From assembly GCA_045541735.1 (NCBI GenBank), contig JAZQJQ010000009.1:1-61051 (forward strand): a stretch of 61,051 nt of DNA, written 5' to 3'. The notes beneath the pieces are model-generated. The model worked only from the letters and a program-made list of their open reading frames with translations, searched no databases and had not been told where the DNA came from. Shown here one piece after another: positions 1-9,204 of the stretch. A program made the translations under genes and the position numbers. The DNA is from Eubacteriales bacterium (lineage in GTDB: Bacteria; Bacillota; Clostridia; Oscillospirales; CAG-272). Position 1 is the stretch's first letter; each line of letters starts with the position of its first letter.

Positions 1-53
1 AGACTCACTGACAACTCCTTGGCTCACAGAACGACATGGCTACGATCCGACTT
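1..53 (-). other. MGI/BGI DNBSEQ sequencing adapter plus 10-nt barcode (assembly artefact)
   Basis: Reverse complement of 12-53 is AAGTCGGATCGTAGCCATGTCGTTCTGTGAGCCAAGGAGTTG, which I recognise as the MGI read-2 adapter. It is followed by 10 nt (TCAGTGAGTC) at the index position. Confidence 0.93.
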
Positions 54-184
54 GGTCCGAGAAGTCCGATAAGCTTACCGTCGGGGATCTCGAGAGTGAA
101 ATCGCTTACTGCGACAACATCGTTTCCGGCCTTTTTATCACGGTTAGGAAACACCTTTGTTAGATTTTGCAGTACTACTTTCAT
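54..184 (-). CDS. ABC transporter ATP-binding protein (MalK/UgpC-like), 5' part only, truncated by the adapter/contig end
   Basis: Manual translation gives MKVVLQNLTKVFPNRDKKAGNDVVAVSDFTLEIPDGKLIGLLGP, leading into Walker A. RBS AAGGAAAGGA upstream. Not in the ORF track. Confidence 0.85.
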
Positions 185-210
185 TTTTGTCCTTTCCTTA
201 TGTATTATTT

Positions 211-972
211 TTAATAATCGCTATTAACCACGCGCTCGGCATGGAGTTTGTTTTTATATTCCAAAAGCTCATCAGAGCTATTGAAAATTCTTTGTAACGG
301 CATATCTGCAACAGCAGTTGATGCGATCAGATCGTGAATAAGCGAATTGTTAACGCTAACGGCATAAATAATAAGCTGAGTGACCAGAAGCGCTCCGAGA
401 ACAAGAATACCGGCAAAACCCATAGCACCAAAAATGATCATAATCAGAACATAAACAGGAATCATAAGCTCGATCGTGAACTTACCGAAAAGACAGCGGA
501 CAAGTAATTGAAAATTAGAGATCTTAATGCAGTCGGAACGCACCAAACACAATGAAAACACCTTCTTGCCAATTGTCTGTCCGTTACCTAAAAACATCGG
601 TAATACAAATTCGGTAAGCAAAACGGAGATTAGTAAAGAAAGTGTAACTATAAGTATGGAAAGAGATACGACCATGTTGTAGATGTAGATCAAATCAGAA
701 TCCTGCTCTACGGCAACAGAAGCTGATTCATAGGCATCTTTTTCGAGCTCTGAAAGAGCGTTGTACTCCTCAATTGAGATCCCGAACCGCACACCGTATT
801 CCTTCTCGTATCTTTCATATGCGGAATTTAAGTCATTGGAATAAGCATCATACCCTAAAATTGCAGATAAACAAAATGCAACCGCAGTAGACAGCACGCA
901 CATAAGGATGAAATCAAGGAGTCCTGCCCCGAAACGCTTCAAAAAACCTGCTTTTCGAATACTCAGTTCCAC
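211..972 (-). CDS. RDD family membrane protein
   Basis: AGFLKRFGAGLLD, GQTIGKK and IHDLIASTAV motifs; several TM segments. Confidence 0.85.
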   Translation of the reverse strand: MELSIRKAGFLKRFGAGLLDFILMCVLSTAVAFCLSAILGYDAYSNDLNSAYERYEKEYGVRFGISIEEYNALSELEKDAYESASVAVEQDSDLIYIYNMVVSLSILIVTLSLLISVLLTEFVLPMFLGNGQTIGKKVFSLCLVRSDCIKISNFQLLVRCLFGKFTIELMIPVYVLIMIIFGAMGFAGILVLGALLVTQLIIYAVSVNNSLIHDLIASTAVADMPLQRIFNSSDELLEYKNKLHAERVVNSDY

Positions 973-1055
973 AAAAGGCCCCCTAATTTAGCTAAATATA
1001 ATCATCGGTATATAGTATACCACAAGAAAAATAAATTTTCTATAGTATTTTAAAT

Positions 1056-2177
1056 TTATTTGTCAAAACACTGCAAAAAACCAACGATTTCGGCGATCGC
1101 TGCATCCGGATCCTGATAACGTACAGAATAATCGCAGATCTCTTCATTGCGTTTTTCGTTATCTATCGCCAGAATGCGTTTTACTTTTTCGTCCGTCGAG
1201 CCGTTTCTCTCAATGATAGAAGACACAAGGGACTTTTTGTCTTTTCCGACGTAGACAGTGATGACGTTTTTATAATGAGTTTTCATCGCCATAGCACCGC
1301 AAATGTCCATAACGGTGATGACGTTCTTCCCCTTTTTGAGTATTTCATCAACGTCTGACAAACGCGAACCGTAAAAATGATTTGCGTAATTTGTTATCTC
1401 AAAAAGTTCTCCCGCATCCTGCATCTTATGGAATTCACGTAGTGAAACGTGGTGGAATCTGTCGTTATCCTTCGATGATCTGGCGGTAGTGTAGCTTGTG
1501 AGTCTTTCAAATCGATCTGAGGCTTCACAAACGCCGCTGGCAATCTCGTTCTTTCCGCTGCCGGTAGGCCCAACAAGTACAACAATAGACGGCTCGTTAG
1601 ATATAATAGGCTCTGTTTTTGCACTGTAGCTGTCAGCAATAACCTCGACCAGCTTTAAAAACTCGTCATAATTGTTAACAGCAAGCATACCCGTTGCTTC
1701 AGTATTCCAAGGGCGGCGCATAAGTATCGGATAAGCGGCGTTTGAATCAAGAACGTTGTGCATACCATCATCAAAAAGTATATCAACATCGATCTTATCT
1801 TTACGAGAACCCATATAGATATGATCGTGCGGAATCTCCGGAAATTCTTCCATGATCCTTAGTGCGCGCAAGCTCATAAACTGCGGATACACAGATGTTG
1901 AAACAAAGACCTCAGTCATCTGAGAAAGCTTACGGACGAAGTCCTTTGCACCCTCTATTACGGGTTGGTTTTTATAGAAATCCGGATCATTAAAAAATTC
2001 AAATATAACATCCGCGCGCGTTCCTAACTTGCCCCATTTATCTACTTCTCTTATCGTGAGCGGTGGATCGAATTGATATTTTTCATTAGCAAGACGAATT
2101 GCATACGGAACGCATTCCATAAGCAGATCATCAACATCGAGGGCGGTGGAAAGTCTGTATTTCCTTTTCAAAATCAT
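1056..2177 (-). CDS. Fusion of a 5'(3')-deoxyribonucleotidase-like HAD phosphatase (N-term) and a guanylate kinase-like domain (C-term)
   Basis: HAD motifs LDVDDLL, VSTS, K, LFDDGMHN and PWN. GK features VLVGPTGSGK, TSYTT and ELFEITNYANHFYGS. Confidence 0.8.
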   Translation of the reverse strand: MILKRKYRLSTALDVDDLLMECVPYAIRLANEKYQFDPPLTIREVDKWGKLGTRADVIFEFFNDPDFYKNQPVIEGAKDFVRKLSQMTEVFVSTSVYPQFMSLRALRIMEEFPEIPHDHIYMGSRKDKIDVDILFDDGMHNVLDSNAAYPILMRRPWNTEATGMLAVNNYDEFLKLVEVIADSYSAKTEPIISNEPSIVVLVGPTGSGKNEIASGVCEASDRFERLTSYTTARSSKDNDRFHHVSLREFHKMQDAGELFEITNYANHFYGSRLSDVDEILKKGKNVITVMDICGAMAMKTHYKNVITVYVGKDKKSLVSSIIERNGSTDEKVKRILAIDNEKRNEEICDYSVRYQDPDAAIAEIVGFLQCFDK

Positions 2178-2230
2178 TCCCCCCTTTGGAAATTATACAA
2201 AAGCAAAGAATTTCTGTTTTTTTGTAGAAT

Positions 2231-3799
2231 TTATTTCGAATTGTAAACGCATCTTCCCTGTTTATAGGTAGAAATTATTTTAGTTTCTCTTATCGTTTTA
2301 GGATCGATCTGCAATAAATCTCTGTCAAGAATAACAAAATCTGCATACTTGTTCTTTTCTACGGTTCCCTTTATATGTTCTTGAGAATACTGGTAAGCGG
2401 AATTTACAGTAACTGCACGAAGTGCATCCAAAACTGACACCTTCTCGCTTTCGGCTAAATGAACTCCCCCGCTTGTCAGACGGTTGACAGCGCACCAGAC
2501 GGTTTCGAGCATATCACACTCTATAACAGGAGTATCTTGATGAAATGTAAACGGCACCGCATGACTTAAAGCAGTAGCAACGGGACTGATGTGCATTCCT
2601 CGTTCAATGCCAAGATTTGTTAGATGTGTGTCTCCCCAATGATAACAATGAGCAACGAAAAACGAAATTACGGCTCCGAGCGATTTTGCGCGGGGGATCT
2701 GATCCCTACCCATCAGCTGTGCATGGATTATCACCGGTCTTAGTTGCTTAAGAATCGGCTTTTCTTCCTCTGCTATTTCAAGGCACCGCAAGAACTGTTC
2801 GACCGCAGCGTCTCCGTTGCAATGTACAAGAAGCTGTGTTCTGTTATCAGCAGCGATTCTGAAGGCGTTGATGAGAGCTTCATCCTTAACCATTTGACGA
2901 TAACAAGTATTATCCGTAACATACGGCTCGCGCACCCAAGCTGTGCGAAGCTGTGGAGAACCGTCAAGAAGCGCCTTTATGCCGCCGATTCTGATAGAAT
3001 CTAACTTGTTGAAAGAATCAAATTCTTCTTTTAAGCGTTCATAATTTCCCGAACCGCCAATAAATGCAATAAGATCAATATCAAGTCCGCCGTGATCATT
3101 CAAAAGTCTGTAAAGCTCAACGTTCCTATTGCCTACATATCCATCCTGAACAGTCGTAATACCGTGAGAAAGATACATTTCTGCTGTTTTTTTATAACTT
3201 TCAAAAATGTTCTCGACTGAGTTTGGAGGAACAAACTTTGTGACCCTGACCATGGCACCTTCCTTTAGGCAACCCGTAAGCTTTCCGTTTTTTAGAATGA
3301 TATTATTCGGGGACGAAAAAGCATCTTCAAGAGTGATTCCGGCAAATTTCAGTGCAAGAGAATTAGCTACAAGCATATGCGCACTTCTATGCTTTAGTAT
3401 TAAAGGATTTTCGGGACAAATCCTGTCAATATCTTCAATGTCCGGTTCAAAAGGAACCTCAAAAGCAGTATGATCGTAGTTATTGGCAACGACCCATTCC
3501 CCGTTTTTGATCAGATGCTCTGAAATATACGCCCTTACAGAAGAGGCAACGTCATTTAGCGAAGTACAACCTCTTACATCGCATTGAGAATCCTGAGCTG
3601 CAGTCATGGTAAAATGACTATGTGCATCAATAAAAGACGGCATAAGAACACCTTCAAATTCGACTATCTCGCCGTAAAAATTATTAATGAGCTCGGATCT
3701 CTTGCCAACAGCGGTAATTATGCCGTCTTCAACAAGCACAGCTTCGGCGTAGAGCGGATCCGCTAACGTAAGTACTCTTCCGCAAAACAGTTTTTTCAT
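2231..3799 (-). CDS. Amidohydrolase (YtcJ-like, Amidohydro_3)
   Basis: PSFIDAHSH, KALLDGS, VHCNGD, IIHAQ and HQDTP motifs. Start moved to ATG 3799 on the basis of the RBS and promoter. Confidence 0.88.
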   Translation of the reverse strand: MKKLFCGRVLTLADPLYAEAVLVEDGIITAVGKRSELINNFYGEIVEFEGVLMPSFIDAHSHFTMTAAQDSQCDVRGCTSLNDVASSVRAYISEHLIKNGEWVVANNYDHTAFEVPFEPDIEDIDRICPENPLILKHRSAHMLVANSLALKFAGITLEDAFSSPNNIILKNGKLTGCLKEGAMVRVTKFVPPNSVENIFESYKKTAEMYLSHGITTVQDGYVGNRNVELYRLLNDHGGLDIDLIAFIGGSGNYERLKEEFDSFNKLDSIRIGGIKALLDGSPQLRTAWVREPYVTDNTCYRQMVKDEALINAFRIAADNRTQLLVHCNGDAAVEQFLRCLEIAEEEKPILKQLRPVIIHAQLMGRDQIPRAKSLGAVISFFVAHCYHWGDTHLTNLGIERGMHISPVATALSHAVPFTFHQDTPVIECDMLETVWCAVNRLTSGGVHLAESEKVSVLDALRAVTVNSAYQYSQEHIKGTVEKNKYADFVILDRDLLQIDPKTIRETKIISTYKQGRCVYNSK

Positions 3800-3815
3800 A
3801 TATTCACCCCGATAT

Positions 3816-3844
3816 ATTTTACAGAAAACAATGCCATATGTCAA
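3816..3844 (-). promoter_or_regulatory. sigma-A promoter of the amidohydrolase
   Basis: TTGACA-17-TAAAAT. Confidence 0.65.
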
Positions 3845-3865
3845 CATTTTACAATATTAAATAAC

Positions 3866-3899
3866 AAAAAAATACCGTCCGATCACGGACGGTATTTTT
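3866..3899 (-). terminator. Intrinsic terminator after gdhA
   Basis: AAAAATACCGTCCG-ATCA-CGGACGGTATTTTT hairpin with U-tract. Confidence 0.85.
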
Positions 3900-3921
3900 G
3901 ATCTAAACATTCAGATACTTA

Positions 3922-5265
3922 TCAGCAAGCGCCTTGAGCGAGCATTGCATCGGCTACCTTAACAAAGCCGGCAATATTAGCTCCAGCAACGAGGTCGTCG
4001 CCGAGATCATAATCGTGAGCAGCCTTAACGGAAGCGTCAAAAATGTTCTTCATGATGGTTTTAAGCTTAGCGTCGACCTCTTCAGCACTCCAAGAATAAC
4101 GCATAGAATTCTGAGACATCTCAAGACCGGAAACTGAAACTCCGCCTGCATTAACCGCCTTGGAAGGTGCAACGATAACACCGTTTGCCTTCAGATAAGC
4201 AACTGCCTCATTGGTAGTAGGCATATTTGAAACTTCAACGTAATACTTAATGCCGTTTGCAACGATCTTCTCTGCCTCAGCCATTCCTACCTCGTTCTGA
4301 GTAGCACAGGGCATTATGATGTCAACCTTAACGCCCCAAGGCTTCTCACCCGGGAAGAACTTCACGCCGAACTTATCGGCGTAATCCTGAACCTTGTTGC
4401 GGCAGCTTGCGCGCATCTCGAGAAGATAATTGATCTTTTCATCGGTGCTGATTCCGTCGGGATCGTAGATATATCCGTCAGGGCCGGAAAGTGTAACTAC
4501 CTTACCGCCGAGCTCATTTACCTTCTTAACAGTACCCCAAGCAACATTACCGAAACCGGATACTGCAAAGGTCTTGCCCTTTATGTCGTCACCAAAGTAT
4601 TTAAGCATCTCGCAAGCATAGTAAACAGCTCCGTAACCGGTTGCCTCGGGACGTATGAGAGAGCCGCCGTAAGGAATACCCTTACCGGTAAGAACTCCGG
4701 TAAACTCGTCGCGGAGTCTCTTATACTGACCGAAAAGATAACCGATCTCGCGTGCGCCTACGCCAATATCTCCGGCAGGAACGTCGGTATTGGGACCAAT
4801 ATGCTTCTGAAGCTCAGTCATAAAGCTCTGGCAGAATGCCATAACCTCACGGTCGGATTTTCCGGTGGGGTCAAAGTCAGAACCGCCCTTGCCGCCGCCC
4901 ATGGGAAGGCTTGTGAGAGAATTTTTAAAGGTCTGCTCGAAGCCGAGGAACTTAATGATGCTGAGGTTAACGGAGGGATGGAAACGAAGTCCTCCCTTAT
5001 AAGGACCGATAGCGCTGTTAAACTGAACACGGTAACCGGTGTTAACTCTCATCTGACCTTTATCGTCTACCCACGGTACGCGGAAGATTACCTGGCGCTC
5101 GGGTTCAACGAGGCGCTCAAGAAGAGCCTCTCTTCTGTACTTTTCCTCGTTCTTAGCGATAACAGGCTCGAGAGACTCGATGACCTCTTTTACAGTCTGA
5201 ATAAATTCAGGCTGATCGGGAAACTTCTTTTCCGTTGCTGCAATTACTTCACTTGCATAAGACAT
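3922..5265 (-). CDS. gdhA: NADP-specific glutamate dehydrogenase
   Basis: GPYKGGLRFHPSV, MGGGKGGSDF, DVPAGDIGVG, RPEATGYG and GFGNV motifs. Confidence 0.96.
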   Translation of the reverse strand: MSYASEVIAATEKKFPDQPEFIQTVKEVIESLEPVIAKNEEKYRREALLERLVEPERQVIFRVPWVDDKGQMRVNTGYRVQFNSAIGPYKGGLRFHPSVNLSIIKFLGFEQTFKNSLTSLPMGGGKGGSDFDPTGKSDREVMAFCQSFMTELQKHIGPNTDVPAGDIGVGAREIGYLFGQYKRLRDEFTGVLTGKGIPYGGSLIRPEATGYGAVYYACEMLKYFGDDIKGKTFAVSGFGNVAWGTVKKVNELGGKVVTLSGPDGYIYDPDGISTDEKINYLLEMRASCRNKVQDYADKFGVKFFPGEKPWGVKVDIIMPCATQNEVGMAEAEKIVANGIKYYVEVSNMPTTNEAVAYLKANGVIVAPSKAVNAGGVSVSGLEMSQNSMRYSWSAEEVDAKLKTIMKNIFDASVKAAHDYDLGDDLVAGANIAGFVKVADAMLAQGAC

Positions 5266-5316
5266 TTTATGTACCTCACTAAACTGAATTTTGAATATAA
5301 ATCTTAATACTCATTC

Positions 5317-5345
5317 ATTATATACTATGAAATTTAGACTGTCAA
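5317..5345 (-). promoter_or_regulatory. Consensus sigma-A promoter of gdhA
   Basis: TTGACA-17-TATAAT. Confidence 0.8.
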
Positions 5346-5420
5346 TATACATTTTGACAAAATATGAAATTTTGGAACGGAAATATTGCATTTTTGCTCT
5401 AATTATGTTAACGTTTTGTC

Positions 5421-5456
5421 AAAAAAACACCGCGGCCCCAAAATTGAGACCGCGGT
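5421..5456 (-). terminator. Intrinsic terminator of the nucleoside ABC operon
   Basis: ACCGCGGTCTCA-ATTT-TGGGGCCGCGGT followed by a T7 tract. Confidence 0.8.
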
Positions 5457-5466
5457 TGATATAATT

Positions 5467-6453
5467 TTATCTTTCCTCGCGGAAATAAGATAGGCCTAAG
5501 CTTGCCGGAGGTTGACTCTCGCGCTTATTACGAGCGCTGGAAACGATAAGAACGATAATGGTAACAAGGTAAGGAAGCATTTTAAAAAGCTCCTGAGAGC
5601 TGCGGCTAAGACCCGGAATGAACAAATACAGAATATAAAGACCGCCGAACAGAATTGAACCAAGAATACCGAAATCAGGCTTCCAAACTGCAAAAATTAC
5701 CAGAGCGATCGCAAGCCAGCCGCGGTCACCGAAACCGTCATTGGACCAAACACCGCTGATATAATCCATTACGTAATAAAGGCCGCCCAAACCTGCAATG
5801 GCGCTGCCGATGCAAGTTGCAAAGTACTTATAAGCGTTAACGTTGATTCCGGCAGCATCAGCAGTCGCGGGATTTTCGCCGATTGCTCGGAGGTGAAGCC
5901 CGACACGTGTTCTCTTAAATACAAAAGCTGTTATGAGAGCGATAACCACCGCAAGATAAGCAAGAAAACCGTATGAAAGGAAAATTCTTGTAAACCAGCT
6001 TACTTCTTTGGTTATCGGAATTGGGCTTCTGAAAAAAGCACTTGTTCTAACTAGCGCTATAGAAGCTACCTCGCTGTTAGTAAGTTTTGCAAGTGAACCG
6101 CCGAAAAAGTTGCCAAAGCCTACACCAAAAGTGGTAAGCGCAAGACCTGTCACGTTCTGATTAGCACGAAGGGTAACAGTCAGAAAACAATAGATCAGTC
6201 CCATAAGAGCAGATCCGATAAGCGAGCAGATCATCGGAATAGCAATAGCAAGAAAGGGATTAAGAGGAGTTCCGATTCCCATAGCATTTTCGTAAAGAAA
6301 CGATCCGATAACGCCGCTTATACCGCCAACGTACATGATTCCGGGAATTCCAAGGTTGAGATTACCGGATTTTTCGGTAATTATCTCTCCCGTAGATCCG
6401 AAAAGCAGAGGTATGCCCTGAATGACAGCACGCTGAATAAAAGTAGCTACCAT
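5467..6453 (-). CDS. Nucleoside ABC transporter permease (NupC/YufQ-like)
   Basis: GEIITEKSGNLNLG, LRAIGENPATADAAGINV and PPASLG motifs. Confidence 0.9.
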   Translation of the reverse strand: MVATFIQRAVIQGIPLLFGSTGEIITEKSGNLNLGIPGIMYVGGISGVIGSFLYENAMGIGTPLNPFLAIAIPMICSLIGSALMGLIYCFLTVTLRANQNVTGLALTTFGVGFGNFFGGSLAKLTNSEVASIALVRTSAFFRSPIPITKEVSWFTRIFLSYGFLAYLAVVIALITAFVFKRTRVGLHLRAIGENPATADAAGINVNAYKYFATCIGSAIAGLGGLYYVMDYISGVWSNDGFGDRGWLAIALVIFAVWKPDFGILGSILFGGLYILYLFIPGLSRSSQELFKMLPYLVTIIVLIVSSARNKRESQPPASLGLSYFREER

Positions 6454-6454
6454 A

Positions 6455-7567
6455 TCACTTTACCTCCTTATGCGAGCTGCGGAAAATGAGTTTATAATTA
6501 ATAAAGAACTCACTTCCAATAATGAAAAACAGAATTATACCGGAAATAATATCGGCAAAAGCCTGGTTAAGACGGAAAACCGTAGCGATCTCACCGGCAC
6601 CTCTTTCCAGAAATACCAAAAGGAAAGAAGTAAAGATCATAAAAATGGGGTTGAACTTAGCAAGCCAGGAAACCATTATTGCTGTAAATCCGCGTCCGTC
6701 AGCAGTTGTAGTAGCAATAGTATGGTTGGTACCTCCAACAAGAAGCAGACCCGCAATACCACAAACGGCACCGGAAAGTATCATTGTTCTAATAATTACC
6801 TTTTTTACGCTGATACCTACGTAACGTGCGGTATTCTCACTTTCTCCAACAACGGAGATCTCATATCCCTGCTTACTGTACGTAAGATAAACGTACATGA
6901 TAAAACAAAGTATAAATACGATAATTATGTTTACAAGGTAAAGATTACCGCCTATCGCAGGAAACCAACCGGTCTGCGTATCTTGATTGATAATGCCTAT
7001 AGTTCCGGAACCCTTAGGAACCTCCCATTTTACGATAAAGAAACGTATGATCTGCATTGCAACGTAATTCATCATCAAGGTAAACAAAGTCTCGTTAGTT
7101 CCCCACTTGGCTTTGCAAAGAGCCGGGATAAGCGCCCATATTGCGCCTGCGGCCATAGCAGCAAGGAACATAAACAAAAAGAGCAGCGGCTGAGGAACCT
7201 TATCGCCTATGAGAAGCATACAAGCCGCGGTAGCAAGTCCTCCGATAAGGACCTGACCCTCAGCACCAATATTCCAGAAACGCATCTTAAATGCAGGAGT
7301 TACGGCGAGCGAAATGCAGAGAAGCATTGCAATATTCTGCAAAAGAAGCCAAACTCTACGCGGTGTACCGATGGCACCGGATATCATAGTCGAGTAGATC
7401 TTTATAGGATTCTGACCCGTAAGGACAACTGTCACAAGTGAACAGAAAAGCAAAGCGGCGATAATTGCAACAGCACGAATGATCCAAGACATTTTTCTTG
7501 ACATACCGTCGCGCTTTACCATACGAACGAAGGGTTCATGCGTTTTTTCCATCTTTACGTTATTCAT
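6455..7567 (-). CDS. Nucleoside ABC transporter permease (NupB/YufP-like)
   Basis: WNIGAEGQ, NETLFTLMMNY and ARYVGI motifs. ATG 7567 follows GGAGG. Confidence 0.9.
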   Translation of the reverse strand: MNNVKMEKTHEPFVRMVKRDGMSRKMSWIIRAVAIIAALLFCSLVTVVLTGQNPIKIYSTMISGAIGTPRRVWLLLQNIAMLLCISLAVTPAFKMRFWNIGAEGQVLIGGLATAACMLLIGDKVPQPLLFLFMFLAAMAAGAIWALIPALCKAKWGTNETLFTLMMNYVAMQIIRFFIVKWEVPKGSGTIGIINQDTQTGWFPAIGGNLYLVNIIIVFILCFIMYVYLTYSKQGYEISVVGESENTARYVGISVKKVIIRTMILSGAVCGIAGLLLVGGTNHTIATTTADGRGFTAIMVSWLAKFNPIFMIFTSFLLVFLERGAGEIATVFRLNQAFADIISGIILFFIIGSEFFINYKLIFRSSHKEVK

Positions 7568-7582
7568 CTGCACTACCTCCCG

Positions 7583-9106
7583 TTAGTTGGATTTTGCTTT
7601 TGTCATAAGAAGACCAAGTTCTTCTTTTGTGGTTTTTCTACCCTCTACGATTCCGGAAACATGACCGGAGCTGATAACCATAATTCTATCGCAAAGCTCA
7701 ACAAGCACGTCAAGATCTTCGCCGACAAATATTACGGCTACTCCCTTTTCCTTCTGCTTGTTCAGAAGATTATAAATTACGTAGGAGGAGTTTATATCAA
7801 GTCCTCTTACGGGATAAGCTGCCATAAGGAGCGCGGGCGATGAAGATATCTCGCGTCCGACAAGGACCTTCTGTACGTTACCGCCAGACAGTCGGCGTAC
7901 CGGTGTTTCAGAGCTCGGAGTTGCAACCTCCAGTTCAGAAATTATCTTATCGGCAAGGTCGTGAGGTTTTTTGCGGTCAATAAAAGCAGATTTACCCTTT
8001 CTGTAGCTTCTGAGCATCATATTATCGGTAATGCTCATGCTGCCGACAAGCCCCATGCCGAGTCTGTCCTCGGGCACAAAGGAAAGGCGTACGCCCATCT
8101 CGCGTATCTCAAGAGGTGTGTGGTCGCGCAAATTCGACGTCTCACCGGTCTTGGGATTAAGGTAATTTATTGCTCCGTTATCAATACGCTGAAGACCGGC
8201 AATAGATTCAAGCAGCTCGCGCTGTCCGCTGCCGGATATTCCGGCAATACCAAGTATCTCACCCGCCTTAACATCAAAACTGACGTTATCAAGTATAGTA
8301 ACACCTTCGCGGTCCTTGCAAGATATATTTTCAACGCTGAGCCTTACACAAGAGTTAAGAGGCTCGGAGCGGTCAATATTCAACTTTATTTTTTTACCGA
8401 CCATCAGTTCTGTAAGTGCTGATTCGTCGGTTTCAGAGGTGTTGACAGTAGCAATATGCTCACCCTTTCTCAACACGGCAACTCGGTCCGAGATCGAAAG
8501 CACCTCATGCATTTTATGTGTGATTATTATAATGGACTTGCCGTCTTCGCGCATACGGCGCAAAACGGCAAATAGCTTTTCAGTTTCCTGAGGAGTGAGA
8601 ACCGCAGTAGGCTCATCAAGAATCAGAATATCTGCTCCTCGGTAAAGAACCTTTACTATCTCAACCGTCTGCTTCTCGGAAACAGACATTTCATAGACCT
8701 TCTTATCCGGGTCTATTAAAAACCCATATTTTTCGGATATGGCAACGATATCTTTCTTGGCCTCGGAAAGGTCATATCGATTTCCGTTATCAAGACCGAG
8801 AATGATATTTTCAACTGTTGTGAAAACGTCAACCAATTTAAAGTGCTGATGTATCATGCCGATACCGTGGTCAAATGCGTCCTTCGGGGTGCGGATAACG
8901 ACCTCTTCTCCGTTAATAAAAATATGACCTTCATCGGGAAAATAAATGCCGGAGATCATATTCATCAGAGTTGTTTTACCGCTTCCGTTCTCGCCTAAGA
9001 TGGCAAGTATCTCTCCGCGCAAAACGGAAAGGTCAACGTTGTGATTGGCAACAAGACTTCCGAAAGTCTTTGTTACTCCCTTCAGCTCAATAGCCGTTTT
9101 ATTCAT
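7583..9106 (-). CDS. Nucleoside ABC transporter ATP-binding protein, two ABC domains (NupA-like)
   Basis: GENGSGKT, LILDEPT and LSGGNVQK motifs. ATG 9106 follows GGAGG. Confidence 0.92.
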   Translation of the reverse strand: MNKTAIELKGVTKTFGSLVANHNVDLSVLRGEILAILGENGSGKTTLMNMISGIYFPDEGHIFINGEEVVIRTPKDAFDHGIGMIHQHFKLVDVFTTVENIILGLDNGNRYDLSEAKKDIVAISEKYGFLIDPDKKVYEMSVSEKQTVEIVKVLYRGADILILDEPTAVLTPQETEKLFAVLRRMREDGKSIIIITHKMHEVLSISDRVAVLRKGEHIATVNTSETDESALTELMVGKKIKLNIDRSEPLNSCVRLSVENISCKDREGVTILDNVSFDVKAGEILGIAGISGSGQRELLESIAGLQRIDNGAINYLNPKTGETSNLRDHTPLEIREMGVRLSFVPEDRLGMGLVGSMSITDNMMLRSYRKGKSAFIDRKKPHDLADKIISELEVATPSSETPVRRLSGGNVQKVLVGREISSSPALLMAAYPVRGLDINSSYVIYNLLNKQKEKGVAVIFVGEDLDVLVELCDRIMVISSGHVSGIVEGRKTTKEELGLLMTKAKSN

Positions 9107-9168
9107 ACGCACCTCCGCAGAAATGTAAACTTTTCGATAACGTGAATTCTGTAGAAGAAAATGGGGCA

Positions 9169-9197
9169 GCGGACCTGCCGTTTACCGACAGGTCCGC
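9169..9197 (-). other. Intercistronic stem-loop after the BMP gene
   Basis: GCGGACCTGTCG-GTAAA-CGGCAGGTCCGC, with no adjacent U-tract. Confidence 0.6.
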
Positions 9198-9204
9198 AGA
9201 AAGA

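Noticed and set aside
1-184. ABC ATPase as a pseudogene or insertion target
   Set aside because: The interruption is adapter sequence, not biological.
36-227. 63-aa plus-strand ORF
   Set aside because: Its ATG lies inside the sequencing adapter, and it is antisense to the real ABC ATPase.
4801-5307. 168-aa ORF antisense to gdhA
   Set aside because: Typical antisense shadow of a codon-biased gene; no RBS or motif.
6470-7441. 323-aa K/N/T-rich plus-strand ORF
   Set aside because: Antisense mirror of a hydrophobic permease; the composition follows from the complementary codons.
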